A stretch of DNA of 64,000 nucleotides from Lytechinus pictus. Its lineage: Eukaryota. This document shows positions 38,159-50,927 of the stretch, in pieces. The translations under genes and the position numbers were made by a program. Location: NCBI RefSeq assembly GCF_037042905.1, contig NC_087255.1:21018001-21082000 (forward strand). Reading direction: 5' to 3'. Below the pieces are notes generated by a model, which ran no database searches, was not told the origin of the DNA, and saw only the letters and a program-made list of their open reading frames with translations. Within the stretch, counting starts at the first letter, position 1, and every line of letters starts with the position of its first letter.

Positions 38159-39199
38159 TTAATTATGAACTACATGTACTTTTATGACTGTCTGCGTCTA
38201 TAATAAATTGTTGATCGACTATCAGTGGATATATAAATCATAGTATTCTTGTACATATGATAAATGAATTTAAAGCGTTATTTCTCTACCAACTGCCCAG
38301 AATTCATCCACAAATACAGACACAGCCAATTGACACTTCTCTCTCCACTCTCTATGACCTATGACACAGTACTAGTACATGTACACAGTATGGTATTCTC
38401 TATCAGGCCATGGCATGATCGGGCATATATATATTCAATGATTGCATGCACTACACAGTATGACATGCCCCAGCATAGAATTACACATACTGTACATGTA
38501 CAGTGCACACGGCAATGTGAGATGCTGTAAAATATGTAGGCCTAATGACACCGCTCTCATTTTCCAAGCTTTTTTGTTAATTAAATTACAAATTAGCAGT
38601 TGAGCTCTTAAACTGCTCATTGATTTGATATATGTAACCGGTGAAGTACCTGGATATGAATCATCCCATTTCATCTGTGAGAATCGTTTCGAAAATGAAA
38701 ATGTTTGATCATGATGCCAGGAGATGCAAAATGTTTGATATATCAATACCTCTTTGACGGACTGAATTAAAAAAAATGGAAATGGAATGGGCGTTGGACT
38801 GGACATCCAGTCACAACTCACAATCATCCCCGAATATCGCTGCTACCACTTAATTATAGTAGCCTGCATGTATCATGCTTGAAGCTTCATGAGAAAACTT
38901 GGGATTTATTGAGAAGTCGGAGGCCTACATATTTTTGCAAATCAGTTTTCAACTTGGGCCTACGTGATTATAGAAATGTAATTAGGACCACTCTCCACTC
39001 TGTGTCTCCATATTCATGCACTCGAACACCAAACTCATGCAATTTTGTCCATTAACGTCATTGTTATTCACAAGATTAACACTTTATCCCGTTCTTCACT
39101 TATGTTAGCAGCAAAATTAATACATGCCTCTCCTACACACACCATTCGATCACAACACAAACATGAAAACAATTTCACTAAACCCAACAAATCACATAA

Positions 39200-41036
39200 G
39201 AAATAACATTTTAATTTTCATAATTTTTATTATCCAGCAAACTGAGCTGTAGTTTCTTTTTTTTCTTTCAATAATTTTGTTTTTACAATACATTGCATGA
39301 CAAACTTCATAAAAACGAAATAATGGCAATAAAGGTAAAATGCATAACTAATGCACATGTATTAGTTGATGCATCTTTATAGAAAAAACACAAAATTGAT
39401 TTGGAAGAAAAGATCTAATTCATTCAGATACATGTAGGTATCATACAATGAAGAATTGAAAATATTACCCAGCTTTCAAATGAACACAATATTCACATGA
39501 CTTTAAATGGTTAAAAACATGAAAACCTATTATTGCAAGTACATTTTATTGGAACATATTCCAGCAAAGATACAAAAATTTGTAACGTCAAATTCTGTGC
39601 AACACGTGGAGAATACAACAGAGTTATTTTTTTAAAGAAAACGTTGTTCCAGAATCTAGCATGTGAATAATGGGTCAAAAGAAACTCATGTATGATTTAA
39701 TTAAATAACAGATTATTCTTCAGCAGTGTTTCATATTTCGCCTTCATACATGGATTGCTTATATTAATGAATCACAACCTTTCTGTTTATGCCTATGTCA
39801 TAGACTCATCAGGCAAAATGTTATCTGTCTGAAGTTGTATTGCAAGAATGGCGGCATTGGTAAATACAAAAAAATAAACAAAACACCGACCACAGGTGTC
39901 CACAGGTGTCGTAGATCAAAATGCGTAACTTTTACTGTAAGTTAAGAGTCTAAAAGCTTTGGTGCAGTAATGTGCAAACAAGTCGCAAAATATTTTATTT
40001 GGCCTCCCAATGGTGTGAGCTGTTGAAATTGTTGCAAGATTAAATTGATAACACAGATGAGCTACATTGCATTTGCAGCCATTTCTGATGGTCAGTGGTC
40101 ATTACAAGCAAAAAATAAAGAAAGCTGATTATTTCCTTGCACACAATGCTTTCGTCAAATGTACAATTGGTAAAAAATAAAATCTGAGGAAAAACAAGAA
40201 ATTCATAACACAAGACCATACATTCTGTTCGAAATAACTTCTCAAAACCAGTATGCTTCTTTGAAAGACAAAAAATTTTCATACGAATATTCACATCATA
40301 AACCATTTCAATGTACAACTTTATAAATTCCTCGCAGTTTCCTTCAAAAATTTTCTCACAAAAAATTATTTGACTTTCCTTCCCTTTTTTCTTTTGAATA
40401 AAGGACCATCCTACTACACTGGACTTCAAAAGACTAAGCATGGACAAGTACAATTAAAATTTGGGCATTATAAGTGAGTTTACACCAAATGACTGTTACC
40501 AAAGTACTGACTCAAAATTACTGGGCAAGCTAAAAGACAAATTGTCATTAGGTTACTAGGTTTGATGGGTTTATCAAATCGTCTTACTGGGCGGAATAAA
40601 CAAATTCTCAATTTGCTCTGCATTTTTAGACATGTACAGTGTACCTACACAGAGATTGATAAATGCAGAAGATTATCAATTCCATACAACGAACATCATG
40701 GACTTGAGATATTTGAAAATCAGAAATAGGAATACTGGGGATCCTGCCCCAAATTTCTGGTAATTTTGGATATAACCAGGTCGGAACTACTGAATGAAAG
40801 TAATTTTGTATCAGCACTATAATATTGGGAACTGCAAACCAGCACAGTAAAATAGATTACATAGGTCTATACATGTCTTCTAGGTCAATTTTAAGATCTC
40901 AAAGAATATGAATGCAAATACAAAGTCCACATCCACAGTAATGTTTGTTTCGCAGGCCTCGAAAGTCAATAGTCTGTAGATCACTATTTTCAGTTATGAA
41001 TGTCAGTGTTTCAAAATCATCTGCAATTATTCCAGA
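39200..41036 (-). other. Putative jun 3' UTR (up to about 1.8 kb)
   Basis: AU-rich sequence downstream of the stop codon, with minus-strand AATAAA at about 39545-39550 and about 39226-39231, several ATTTA pentamers and a TTTTTAT at about 39309. The end point is inferred. Confidence 0.45.
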
Positions 41037-41972
41037 TTAAAAAGCCAGTTGTTGTGCCAACATAACTTGACATCCACTCTTTACGTGTTCCATCACACTC
41101 TGTTTCAAAGCACAAACTTGTTCACGAAGCTTGGTTGCTGTAGTCGACAAGTCTGTATTTTGCGTTTTCAGGTCCTTCACTTTATCCTCTAGCCTGGCAA
41201 TTCGCTCAAGCTTGCGCTTACGACATTTACTGGCGGCAATTCGATTCCTGAGCCTTTTCCTCTCAGCCTTGATGCGTTCTTGTGTTTCCATATCGATGGG
41301 GGACATGGGTGGGTTAGTGGTGGCGTGGTACACCGGGACGGTCTGGGGCTCTTCGCACGCAGGTTCTTGTTTGATACGTTCAACACTCGTCTGCCATCCG
41401 CATGTGATGGCTGTAGAGTCAGTGGGCATAGAATTACGAGATGAAAGGCTAACGGTTGATCCAGGCAGTGTAGTCGTCGTAGGCATTGCAGGGTTGTAAA
41501 TCGATGTCGCAGCTGTGGTCATACTAGAGATGGTGGTAAGGGGGTTGAGGACCTGCTGCTGCTGGTAGGTTGTTATTGGATCACTTAGGTCCAGCTGGTC
41601 AACCGACGATTCATCATCGCTCACCACGGACTCGGAGTCCCCCGAATCATTCCGTTGGTGAAGGCTCTGGAGCGCCTCGACGAAACCCTGGGCGAAGGCG
41701 GCTTGCTCTTCGGTAACGTTTTTCGGGCAGATAAATTGAGTAGGCGTTGGTGTAGTACAAATATTGCCTTGCTGAGAAATAATCATTTTTTCGAGTTCAG
41801 GAGAAGCGAGTTTGAGCATCTGAACGTCTGGAGTCGACAGCACAGCAGCCGTAAGTTTGCGCTTGCCCGTGTCCAAATCCAGAGTCATGCATTTCTTCTT
41901 GCTCAGCCACGGGTTATGTGCATCTTCGTAGAACTGAGTCTCCATCTTTTTGCGACCGTTTTCGGCTGACAT
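41037..41972 (-). CDS. jun: Transcription factor Jun (AP-1 bZIP), intronless, 311 aa
   Basis: Single ORF with the Jun hallmarks: [10 protein letters not shown]-terminus, JNK-docking [29 protein letters not shown] (S63/S73 region), [44 protein letters not shown], basic region [17 protein letters not shown] and a leucine zipper ending [11 protein letters not shown]. Confidence 0.98.
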   Translation of the reverse strand: MSAENGRKKMETQFYEDAHNPWLSKKKCMTLDLDTGKRKLTAAVLSTPDVQMLKLASPELEKMIISQQGNICTTPTPTQFICPKNVTEEQAAFAQGFVEALQSLHQRNDSGDSESVVSDDESSVDQLDLSDPITTYQQQQVLNPLTTISSMTTAATSIYNPAMPTTTTLPGSTVSLSSRNSMPTDSTAITCGWQTSVERIKQEPACEEPQTVPVYHATTNPPMSPIDMETQERIKAERKRLRNRIAASKCRKRKLERIARLEDKVKDLKTQNTDLSTTATKLREQVCALKQSVMEHVKSGCQVMLAQQLAF

Positions 41973-42013
41973 ACAAACAGTTATGAGCTTTCTCTTGCTA
42001 TGAGCTACAAGTC

Positions 42014-42310
42014 TGAGTCACAGGTCTCGAATTGATGTGGCAAAGAGGGAGATCCTGTAGTTGGCCAGGTAAAGGATTGAGAGAATTCTCTGTCTCTTCA
42101 CAGTGCAAAATGAAATGATCGTAGCATGAATTTCCGATACCAACGCTGACTCACTATATATACACTGACTAAGGATTCCCAAAATAGACGGAAGAGCAGT
42201 GACATCAGATTCTCGAATAACGATTGGTCGGCGATGATGTAAGACGTGTGTTTGGCAATGTCATCTTGCGATCTGATTGGTCGATCCCAAATGTCAATCA
42301 AAGCACGTGC
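42014..42310 (-). promoter_or_regulatory. jun proximal promoter / 5' UTR motif cluster
   Basis: TATATATA 42155-42162; AP-1 sites 42147-42153 and 42014-42020; TGACATCA 42200-42207; TTACATCA (minus) 42235-42242; two CCAAT boxes (minus; 42223-42227, 42276-42280); ETS CGGAAG 42189-42194; MEF2/CArG-like CCCAAAATAG 42178-42187; E-box CACGTG 42304-42309. TSS inferred at about 42105-42135. Confidence 0.8.
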
Positions 42311-42569
42311 AGTGCTCTGGAAGTAAACGGTAACCCCTTCGACGACTCCACTTTTATAGTAGGGATGATATATTCCAGTGTACATATCAAGCGTATCATG
42401 ATATAATCACGTTATAAATTAAAGAGACAAATATAATTCCTATTCAGTTTTGGTTATTGAATAATATATCTTCTTATTTTGATACCTTTTATCTCGAAGA
42501 ACTTTAGATGAAATATTATCTAAATGGTGATATTCTATTGTTTTTAGTTTGAGTTTACCCGTAACGATG

Positions 42570-42760
42570 TGGACGCATCCAATTACACGTCACAATCTTT
42601 TTCCGGGTAATAGAACCAACCTCGCCGGAAGAGGTCCTTCATTTCCATAACAAAACATGCATAAACCTTGATTTCGCTACGTCACAAGTAACAACCCCTT
42701 TTTCCTTATATGGTATTGTTGTGGAAGTGAACGAGATCAATCAGGTGGTAAAAAGGTGAG
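42570..42760 (+). promoter_or_regulatory. Distal jun element and/or divergent promoter with a putative first non-coding exon
   Basis: CCAAT 42579, two ACGTCA half-CREs (about 42588 and 42679), CCGGAAG about 42625, perfect CArG CCTTATATGG 42704-42713, GGAAGTG about 42723, then a plus-strand splice donor AAG|GTGAGA at 42755/42756. Confidence 0.55.
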
Positions 42761-44179
42761 ACTAAATTTTGTATGTTGCTTGTAAGTTACTCTTAAGTTA
42801 TCACTAACGTTTCAAGATGGAAATAAGTGGATGTTTGTGCTAGTAATAGTATTTGCTGTTTCAGTTAGTGTTGGCATTGGCATTGCTCGGCCTAACTCAC
42901 TTTTACTTTAAAGTTTTAGTTCATAAAATCTTACTCTTAGTTAAAACACGTGCAACTGCAATGCTATTTCGAACACGTTGAGGTGGTGGGCATGCCATGG
43001 CATGGTCACATTCATGGACATGTCATGGACATGGATTTTCCCATTATTTATGCAGTCTAGGCCTATCTAGTATAAATCTCGATGTACATGTCTCTCCTGT
43101 TTCATTTGCCCAAATGAAGATCTAACGTTAGACCTAGGCTTAAAAGTTTTTAGAGGCAGTGACTGTCTTTTGGGACGATTCAAAGATAAATGCAAATAAA
43201 AATAGGGTCTAAATTTTTTTTTTTTACCCATGGCCATGCATGATTGAAAATAAAGTTTTGTAACCTATAGATCTAACGTTAGGCCTAAATAAAAAAAAAT
43301 AATAACCTAGCCCAGGTAGGTAGAACAAAAAAAAGAAACAGCATTTCTACTAAAAAGCATTAGTGGCTAGATTTAAGAGTCTAGGCCTACCGTAATATTA
43401 TTATTAGCATTATTATCAGAGACATTGCTCAAAACTTACCTCAAAATTTCCTAAATAGTGAAAAACAAGGCTTAAATACTCAATAAAAATATGTGCCTGG
43501 AAATGCATGTAGCATAATGATCCATTCCTATAAGCTATACTGTGTGGGATAGTGGCTAAAAATAGGCATTTTAAAGTCTTTATGTTGACCTAGACTGTTT
43601 GAACCTCTGTGAGGAGCTGTGAAACGTGTCACATTGATAGATAATGAACTTGGCTGCCAGAAAATGTTAAGATGTCGATACATTGTTCACTCAAAATATA
43701 GAAAGAAAATTTGAGGCCAACTAACCCATTGACTTTTTTTATACACATGTCTACAGCACAAATCTAGTGCCATCATAGCCTAGCCCTTCTGCCTAGATCT
43801 AGACCTAACGATAGGCTAGACAGCCATCTGTTTCAAGGATTTAAAAAAAAAACTTGTACTAGATCTAGATCTAATTGGTGAGTGGAGCCAACTAGTGGAA
43901 CTCAGAGACCGAAGCTTGTGGTCTAGATCTAGAGAGCTGAAATCTGTCTGGTGGAGTTTTAAACATATAAAGCATTTTTTTACATTTTGAAATTTCTCCT
44001 CCGTTTGAGTGAGTGACGGTGGCAGTGTCAGTCTACACATGGACTGATGAAATTGGAGGAGACGGTGAAACAAGACATAGCCAAGTGCAACACTGACGAA
44101 CAGAGACTCAAAACGGCAAAGCTATTGGTCTAGAATTTAGACTAAGTTTGGCCTAGTTTAAGCCTAACCTTATTTATTA

Positions 44180-44620
44180 AGGCCACCGCACACCTTACGA
44201 CCCGATTGGTCTGCGACTGGCTTGCGACTGAGTGAGGGGATATGAATCGCAAGGTAGCCATAAGCCTCGACACCGCACACCTTGCGATCCGATCCAACTA
44301 CCAAGCCGACTACCATGCTGTCTGCGACTCACGCATGCGCTTTTTGCCATAGCAACTAAGAAAATGCGCTTACTACTGCATATGCGCGTTGTATATCATA
44401 TACGCGTCGTGCAACTCTGCTGTCTGATTGGCTGGAAGTTGGATTGAGCTTGCGATCCAGTCGTAAGGATTCGGCATGTCAAATCCTTCCGATTATCCTT
44501 GCGACTTGTCTCTGACCGGTCTGCAACTATCAAGCTGACAAGAGCTGTGACATCACATCTCCCCTCACTCAGTCGCAAGCCAGTCGCAGACCAGTCGGGT
44601 CGTAAGGTGTGCGGTGGCCT
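44180..44620. mobile_element. PIF/Harbinger-like MITE, TTA TSD
   Basis: About 59-bp near-perfect TIR AGGCCACCGCACACCTTACGACCCGA...; TTA at 44177-79 and 44621-23. Confidence 0.92.
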
Positions 44621-45704
44621 TTAGACATGACCTGGCTAGGGCTTGGCCCTGGCCTAACATTAGACCCTACACTAAAGTAACAATAAGGTATGATATGATA
44701 AGATATAAGTATACTGTTTTCTAGGGATTGTTGATAAATTAATTAAAGTTTATTAACTCTAAAGTCTAGTTGAATAAAAAATCCCCAGAAATGATAGCAG
44801 ACTTCTATTCCTGTCTAAGACCTAGATCTAGCCTAATTTCTAGTCCAAATACTAAAATAAAACAAGTTTGAACTAAATCTTTTCAACTTTATCTCTAACT
44901 TAGTCTTAGACTATGATGTAAGATTTAGCTTTTGGAAGTAACAAGGTCCGTACAGTATGTCATATCTGTGTTCTATTTATAGATGATAAAAAAATGCCAT
45001 AGACCTTAAATCATTTTTTAGGGTACAATAAAACTAGGGTTGACCACCGGATACTGCCATTTTGGTGTCTTGAGTACACTGAAGCGAATATCCAGTACTA
45101 TGGAGTGGGTTTAAATGAAGATTAAAGATGTCACTTTAATGGTATGTGGCAAGCAGATCTACACAAACCAATTGTAATGCTGTTTTGGTCTGTAGTAAAT
45201 CCAAACAACACCTGTGCTTACTTCCTTTAAGATGGGCTTCAAATCTCTAGTTGTCCTTGTTTCTAAAGGTTAAGACTACATTGTTCTTCAGCTATTGCTC
45301 ATGCCTGTTTACACCGTACTAGACATGTTTTTCATCCGGTTTCTTCAACACTTTGAAAAAAGAAAGTTGTTTGCTGCAAAATTCTGTCTGCCTTGAACAC
45401 TGTTTAATCAATTGTGGTTAGATTTATAGATCTGTACTGTTATTCATTTTGTTAGATGTAAGACAAGCAGCTTACTTATTGACAATAGTGAATGAAGGGT
45501 TTATTGGTGCAGTGCTATTTTGGGTTGTTATTTCATTGTGCCTATTTTTTCCATTCTGGGAAGAAGGGAGTTTTTATCCTAATGGATTTCATAAGAACTG
45601 CTTACACTGTTATCACAACTTATTCTTTGGTATTTTATTTTATTAATAACATCTATTCAAATTTTGTCTACCAAGAAAAAAAAATGGATTGACAATTGAT
45701 TTAA

Positions 45705-46297
45705 AGGTCAAGTCCACCCCAGAAAAATGTTGATTTGAATGAATACAGAATAGCATAACACTGAAAATTTCATCAAAATCGGATGGAAAATAAGAAAGTT
45801 ATGGCATTTTAAAGTTTCGCTTATTTTTCACAAAACAGTGATATGCACAACTTAGTGACATGCAAATGAGTCAGTCGATGATGCCCATCACTCACTATTT
45901 CTTTTGTTTATTTATTGTTTGAATCATACAATATTTCATTTTTTACAAATTTGACAAAAAGGACCAACTTGACTGAACCACATAGTATTAAGCAATGCTA
46001 ATTCCATGTGTTCAGGGAGAAATAATCATTGTTTCACTTGACAATGAGGAGAAAATTAGAATATTTCATATTTCATATAATAAGATACAAAAGAAATAGT
46101 GAGTGGATGGCGTCATCTGTCTCCTCATTTGCATACGACCAGGATGTGCATATAACTGTTTTGTGAAATTAAACGAAACTTTAAAATGTCATAACTTTCT
46201 TGATTTACATCCGATTTTGATGAAATTTTCAATGTCATGCTTGTTGGATTTTTCTCTTTTTATTTTAATCAACTTTTTGTTGGGGTGGACTTGTCCT
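45705..46297. mobile_element. Kolobok-like MITE, TTAA TSD (copy 3)
   Basis: TTAA|AGGTCAAGTCCACCCC...GGGGTGGACTTGTCCT|TTAA. Confidence 0.9.
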
Positions 46298-47834
46298 TTA
46301 AGGTGTAAGATAATAATTTATCCAACTTATTTTGTTACAAGGGAGATAGATATACATGTATATGAAATAATTATGATTTCATGTAGTACTCGTCAAATAA
46401 GGAAAGTGGGAACATGACATAATCTGCCTTCATATTGTATATTATCTGGCATTTAGTAATTGCTTCCACAAAATATCTCTAAACTTTAAGATATTGATAA
46501 ATTTGTTATTTGATTTCAGATTTTGCTCAATGAGTTTTGCTCTATTTATTTAGATATAATAATTACTTCCAATTTTGAGTACCCTTTTACATTCATTAGG
46601 TCAATGTGTTGTTTTGTAGCATGTAAAACTCACTGATCTGAGAATCCCCTTATTTATATTCATTGATTTATTCCTTGACTGATGGATTAATTCATATTAA
46701 TAGATCCACATTTTTTTTTTCAAAATATAAAAAGACCAATTATGATTTTATCTGCATATTTAAAACAAAATTTATTGAAAGAAGACCATGTTATATGTAT
46801 ATGCTCTGTTATTTGCTAGTCTGCAAGCGAAGACTCATATTTGACACTTTAACCAATAACAGGTCTTGAGTGAAGACTATACGCCAAAGGCTCTCAGCCA
46901 TAGTACATAGTGAATCTAGTCTCACTGCTTCAGGCTCTGCATAATGCACTATGCGGATTGCAAAAACCAAGGGTCTGTGTCTACAGACTAGTCATTTGCA
47001 TGGAATAGGTGAAACACATTCAATTTCAAGCAAAGTCATTCAAGAGTGCATAAAAACACTGCGAGCTTGTTCCACCGAATTACAGGTCAGCTGCATTCCG
47101 ACTTCTACCACCCCTGCCAGTGCTACCTGTTGAACTACATGTACATTTCTTCTACCTCACCGTTTCCATGGTTACCATGTACACTGAATATGAAGGTGAT
47201 ACAGAGTGAGAATGAGTGTATGGTGAGTCCTCATGGATCGATGGTGCTACTGCTAGCATCATGCAAATATGACTCAACTCTGGGACTGCTACCCTGGGAA
47301 CCGGGGAGAATCCAGTCATCGCTCGCTTGCGTAACTTCTCCTTCAAGCTGTACATGTGCATGTTGGAAAGTATAGTATCTTGTTTAACTGGCAAATTAAA
47401 GTCTATTTATTTCCCCCCCAAAAAAAAAATATTACTAAGGCTGATTGAAGCTTAGACTTTATTTATTTTATCATCCCCAACTGATTAAAGTTTTTGTATA
47501 TTGTGTATAATTCTTAATTTATCTGTTTGCATTTCTTTTTCAATTGTGTCAGATATTCTTTAACTTTTTTACCTAGAGATCTAGAAGTAAACGATTAAAT
47601 TTAAACTTGAAGCCTCTTTATTGATATCAAAATGTGACAATTATAGCCTGACCTTTTTAAAGAAGAGTTTCCATCTTAATCGAATCATGAAATGACAATT
47701 GTACATTTCATGGGATATCGTTAACATGTTTTAGCCCATGTACATTATTATGTCTCTTTCAAGGATTAATACAGGAATCATTTATTAAAATAATGTTTTG
47801 GTCTAGGCATGTCAATATCTGATACAGACAGAAG

Positions 47835-48036
47835 TTTATTTTATTTTATTTTTTTCATTTATTTATTTCACTTTTAAAACAAATAACATAATATACAAAC
47901 AAATGTATTCGAAAACATAGTGTATCAATAATCAAATTAAATATCTAACATAAGTATTTAACATAAGATACACTACAAAATGTAAAAAAAGTGAGGAGCC
48001 TAAATAAAAAGCAGAGCTTGTAGAAAATTAGGCTCC
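47835..48036 (-). mobile_element. LINE 3' UTR fragment
   Basis: GGAGCCTAA...TTAGGCTCC stem and an (AAAAT)n tail on the minus strand. Confidence 0.5.
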
Positions 48037-48374
48037 CATTGGGAGAAAATATGAGTTGTTACTTTGAGCGAGAAAATGTGGAGACGGAATACATATTTTA
48101 TTACATAGATTGTTTTACACAAAATATATCAAAATGCATCAAGTTACCAGAAAATGATGGAGTAGAAAAAGAATAATGATAAAAAAAGTACGATATTAAA
48201 CTATTACCTTATAGTTATGATTGGAATAAATCTTATTTTTCAAAGTAAATAAGTGCTTTTGATAAACTTTGTAAGCTATGTTGGGCTAATGTTCTTTTTA
48301 ATTTACATAGGAAACCTGAAATCCTGCACTGTTCGTCAGTGTAATATTAACAATTATGATGAAGATGATAATAA

Positions 48375-48630
48375 AAATTATAATAATAATAAAATATTAT
48401 TATTATTATTATTATACAGATTTCTAGAGCACTGCAGAAGCTTTTCACCAAAGTATATATTCTACTGCACTATATAAGACTATAAAATGCTTGTTATTAA
48501 TAAGATATATGTGTCTTGAGTTTTGATTAAAGTTGTTTACGGGTGGTGCTTTCAAGACTTCCAGGGGTAAGCTTCTACTAGTATTCCCGAGCTTGGGGTC
48601 TACACAAGCAAATGATCGATCTCCTGGTAT
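48375..48630 (-). mobile_element. L2 LINE 3' fragment
   Basis: Translation GDRSFACVDPKLGN..SLPLEVLKAPPVNNF resembles the L2 ORF2 C-terminus (GDRAFSVAAPKLWNSLP); a TAA/ATT tail follows. Confidence 0.7.
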
Positions 48631-50654
48631 TTTTGTACACATATATAAGTACATACATGTAAGAAAATGAAGATGCGAAGAACCTATCTTGCCTCCGAAA
48701 TTGGCACTCGTACTGTATACCCTCGCTAATGAAAGATGGCAATTTGTACTGATTTCATTAATTTAGCTTTCTTTACTTGGCAAGCATAAAGGAATTCAGA
48801 GGCTTGAATGATATTTATAGTCTATTAAATACACAAAAAATTTATTCAATTTGTGCTGAAAAAGACAAAAAAAATCATTTCATAAAACGTTACTTTTATC
48901 ATAACTTGTGTGAATGATTACAGAAATCTTCATTTTGTTTGGTTCTTGAACAATTTTTACTAATATGAATTATTGAAAGGGGCTCAATGGTTGCTGTATT
49001 TTCTAAGAAATGTAGATTGAGCTTTTCTTATTTATTTATTTATTTGAATTAATAGATAGATAAATGAACAATTAATAAACTTATTTATTTATTCACTTAT
49101 TTATTGATATCCATCTAGCTATTTTTTTTTTTGGGGGGGGGGATGGGCTGGGGTTAAAAAAACACTATTATTTACAGGTTGAATGTTGACAACATTTTAT
49201 TGAGCCATGTAGTATGATGTACATATGAAGTAGACAGTTATTGGCTCTCAAAAATATATGTTTTGGCGAGGGTCTCTAAATCATTTAAAGATTTTTTTGT
49301 GAGCCTGCAGCTACTTGTCTTACAAGGTGGATTGTATTCCTCTTGACGAAACTTGAACAGTTAGACTTCTGAATAGTTTCTAGAAATTGGCTCAATTCAT
49401 ATTACTTGTTGCTATGCCAGGTAGCCATGCATAAGGCCATTCAGAGAAAACCTAGCACCCAAGGAGACCTTTAGCAGATACCGTTTTTTTTATTTCAAAT
49501 GACCCCTTGCAAATATGATCAATGTCTTAGTGCGATGTCTTTTCCTACTTGGTGCACCATTGCCATTTAGTATCCTCATCACCAGGTCCCTCAGAGAGGA
49601 CCTTAAGCCTTTGGTTCTTTGGTTGCTTGCTAACAATAGCAATCGGGTAAAACCACCGCCTATTTGAACAATTTATCAACAAATTCAAAATGTCTTGTAT
49701 AAAAAATGGCTTCTGAACTATAGTGTTGTTCTCACCCACCCAATAGCTTGTGTAGTTTGTTAGCCTTGCCTGACATGGTAACAGATAATGTATTCAACTT
49801 GGATTCCCAAGTATAGTACTTTCATTAATGTCTGAATCTTTAGTCATTCTTAGATTTACACCTTTCTGTACTAAAAAAAGGCCACAGTCACACAAACAAA
49901 GCAGAGTCCATACTGATGAAAGCTATTACACTATTTCTAATGACATACCATCGGACGGGTTGCATTGGTGTGACTTGTCCCATGAAGGTGGAATGCCTGA
50001 GAATTAACCAAACAAAACGTGGTGTGAAACGTTGATGATTGGTGTCCGCTAAGGTAGCTTGGAAGAGGCTGATTCATGCAGGAATTCTGCAGGAAATCAA
50101 CACATCCTGTTCATACTAGCAGGGAGAGAAACGATCCATCACCATGAGACTCTAATTATGTTCTAAAGGACCATATATTCGAAATTTTGACTATTAGGGA
50201 TATGTTCACTTCCCAAGAAATTAATTGTGCGCTCATGATACGTATTCAATAGTAGATATGCCATTTCTCTTCAAAATAATGTAAAATAAAGGCGAACAAG
50301 AAAGTGGTACGATAAGAACTGTAACAGTTCATACAAAGTTGCTCCAACAAACACAAGGAAAAATAGGCAAAAATATATGTGAAATGGTAAACAAAAAGGT
50401 AGGTTTTGGAAATTTATGGGGATAGGGGCAATTAGCGCTGCTGCCCCCTATCTTCTACGAGAGACCATGAGTTGTACCCCGTTTATACTTTTGGTCCACA
50501 ATCATTGTAAAGTGGCCATTGGGTAATCGTATCCTGCTAGTCGTACAATCTTCAAGGGTGGAGTATAGTACTTAGCGATCATGCAAATTTTGGGGGGATT
50601 CCTGATCATCTTATATATGGTATATGATTTTGGCTAGCATGTAGTTATGCAAAT

Positions 50655-50927
50655 TTTGAACAGTCACACTGTCGAGGTGTCCACATTGTGGAAATATCTT
50701 CACACTGTTAAATATGAGTATTTCATCAGTGTGAATCACATATTCACATAGTCGACCATGTGAACACACTGTGTTCACAGTTTCATTGTCGAGGTGTCCA
50801 CAGTGTGAAAATTTCTTCACACTTTTGAATTTGAGCATTTCAACAGTGTGAATAATATCTTCACATAGTCCACTATGTGATCACACTGTGATCACACTGT
50901 GTGACACCGTGTTCTTACCAGCAGGGT
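50655..50927. repeat. Roughly 118-bp tandem duplication at a transposon-like end
   Basis: TGTCGAGGTGTCCACA.TGTG.AAAT.TCTTCACACT at about 50670 and 50787; ends in TTCTTACCAGCAGGG|TA. Confidence 0.7.

Noticed and set aside
41131-41969. Plus-strand ORFs 41131..41499 and 41655..41969, and minus-strand 41189..41386
   Set aside because: Antisense or alternate-frame shadows of the jun CDS.
47046-47394. Overlapping ORFs with a GTGAGT donor at about 47223
   Set aside because: No convincing reading frame or strong acceptor; a non-coding exon is possible but unsupported.
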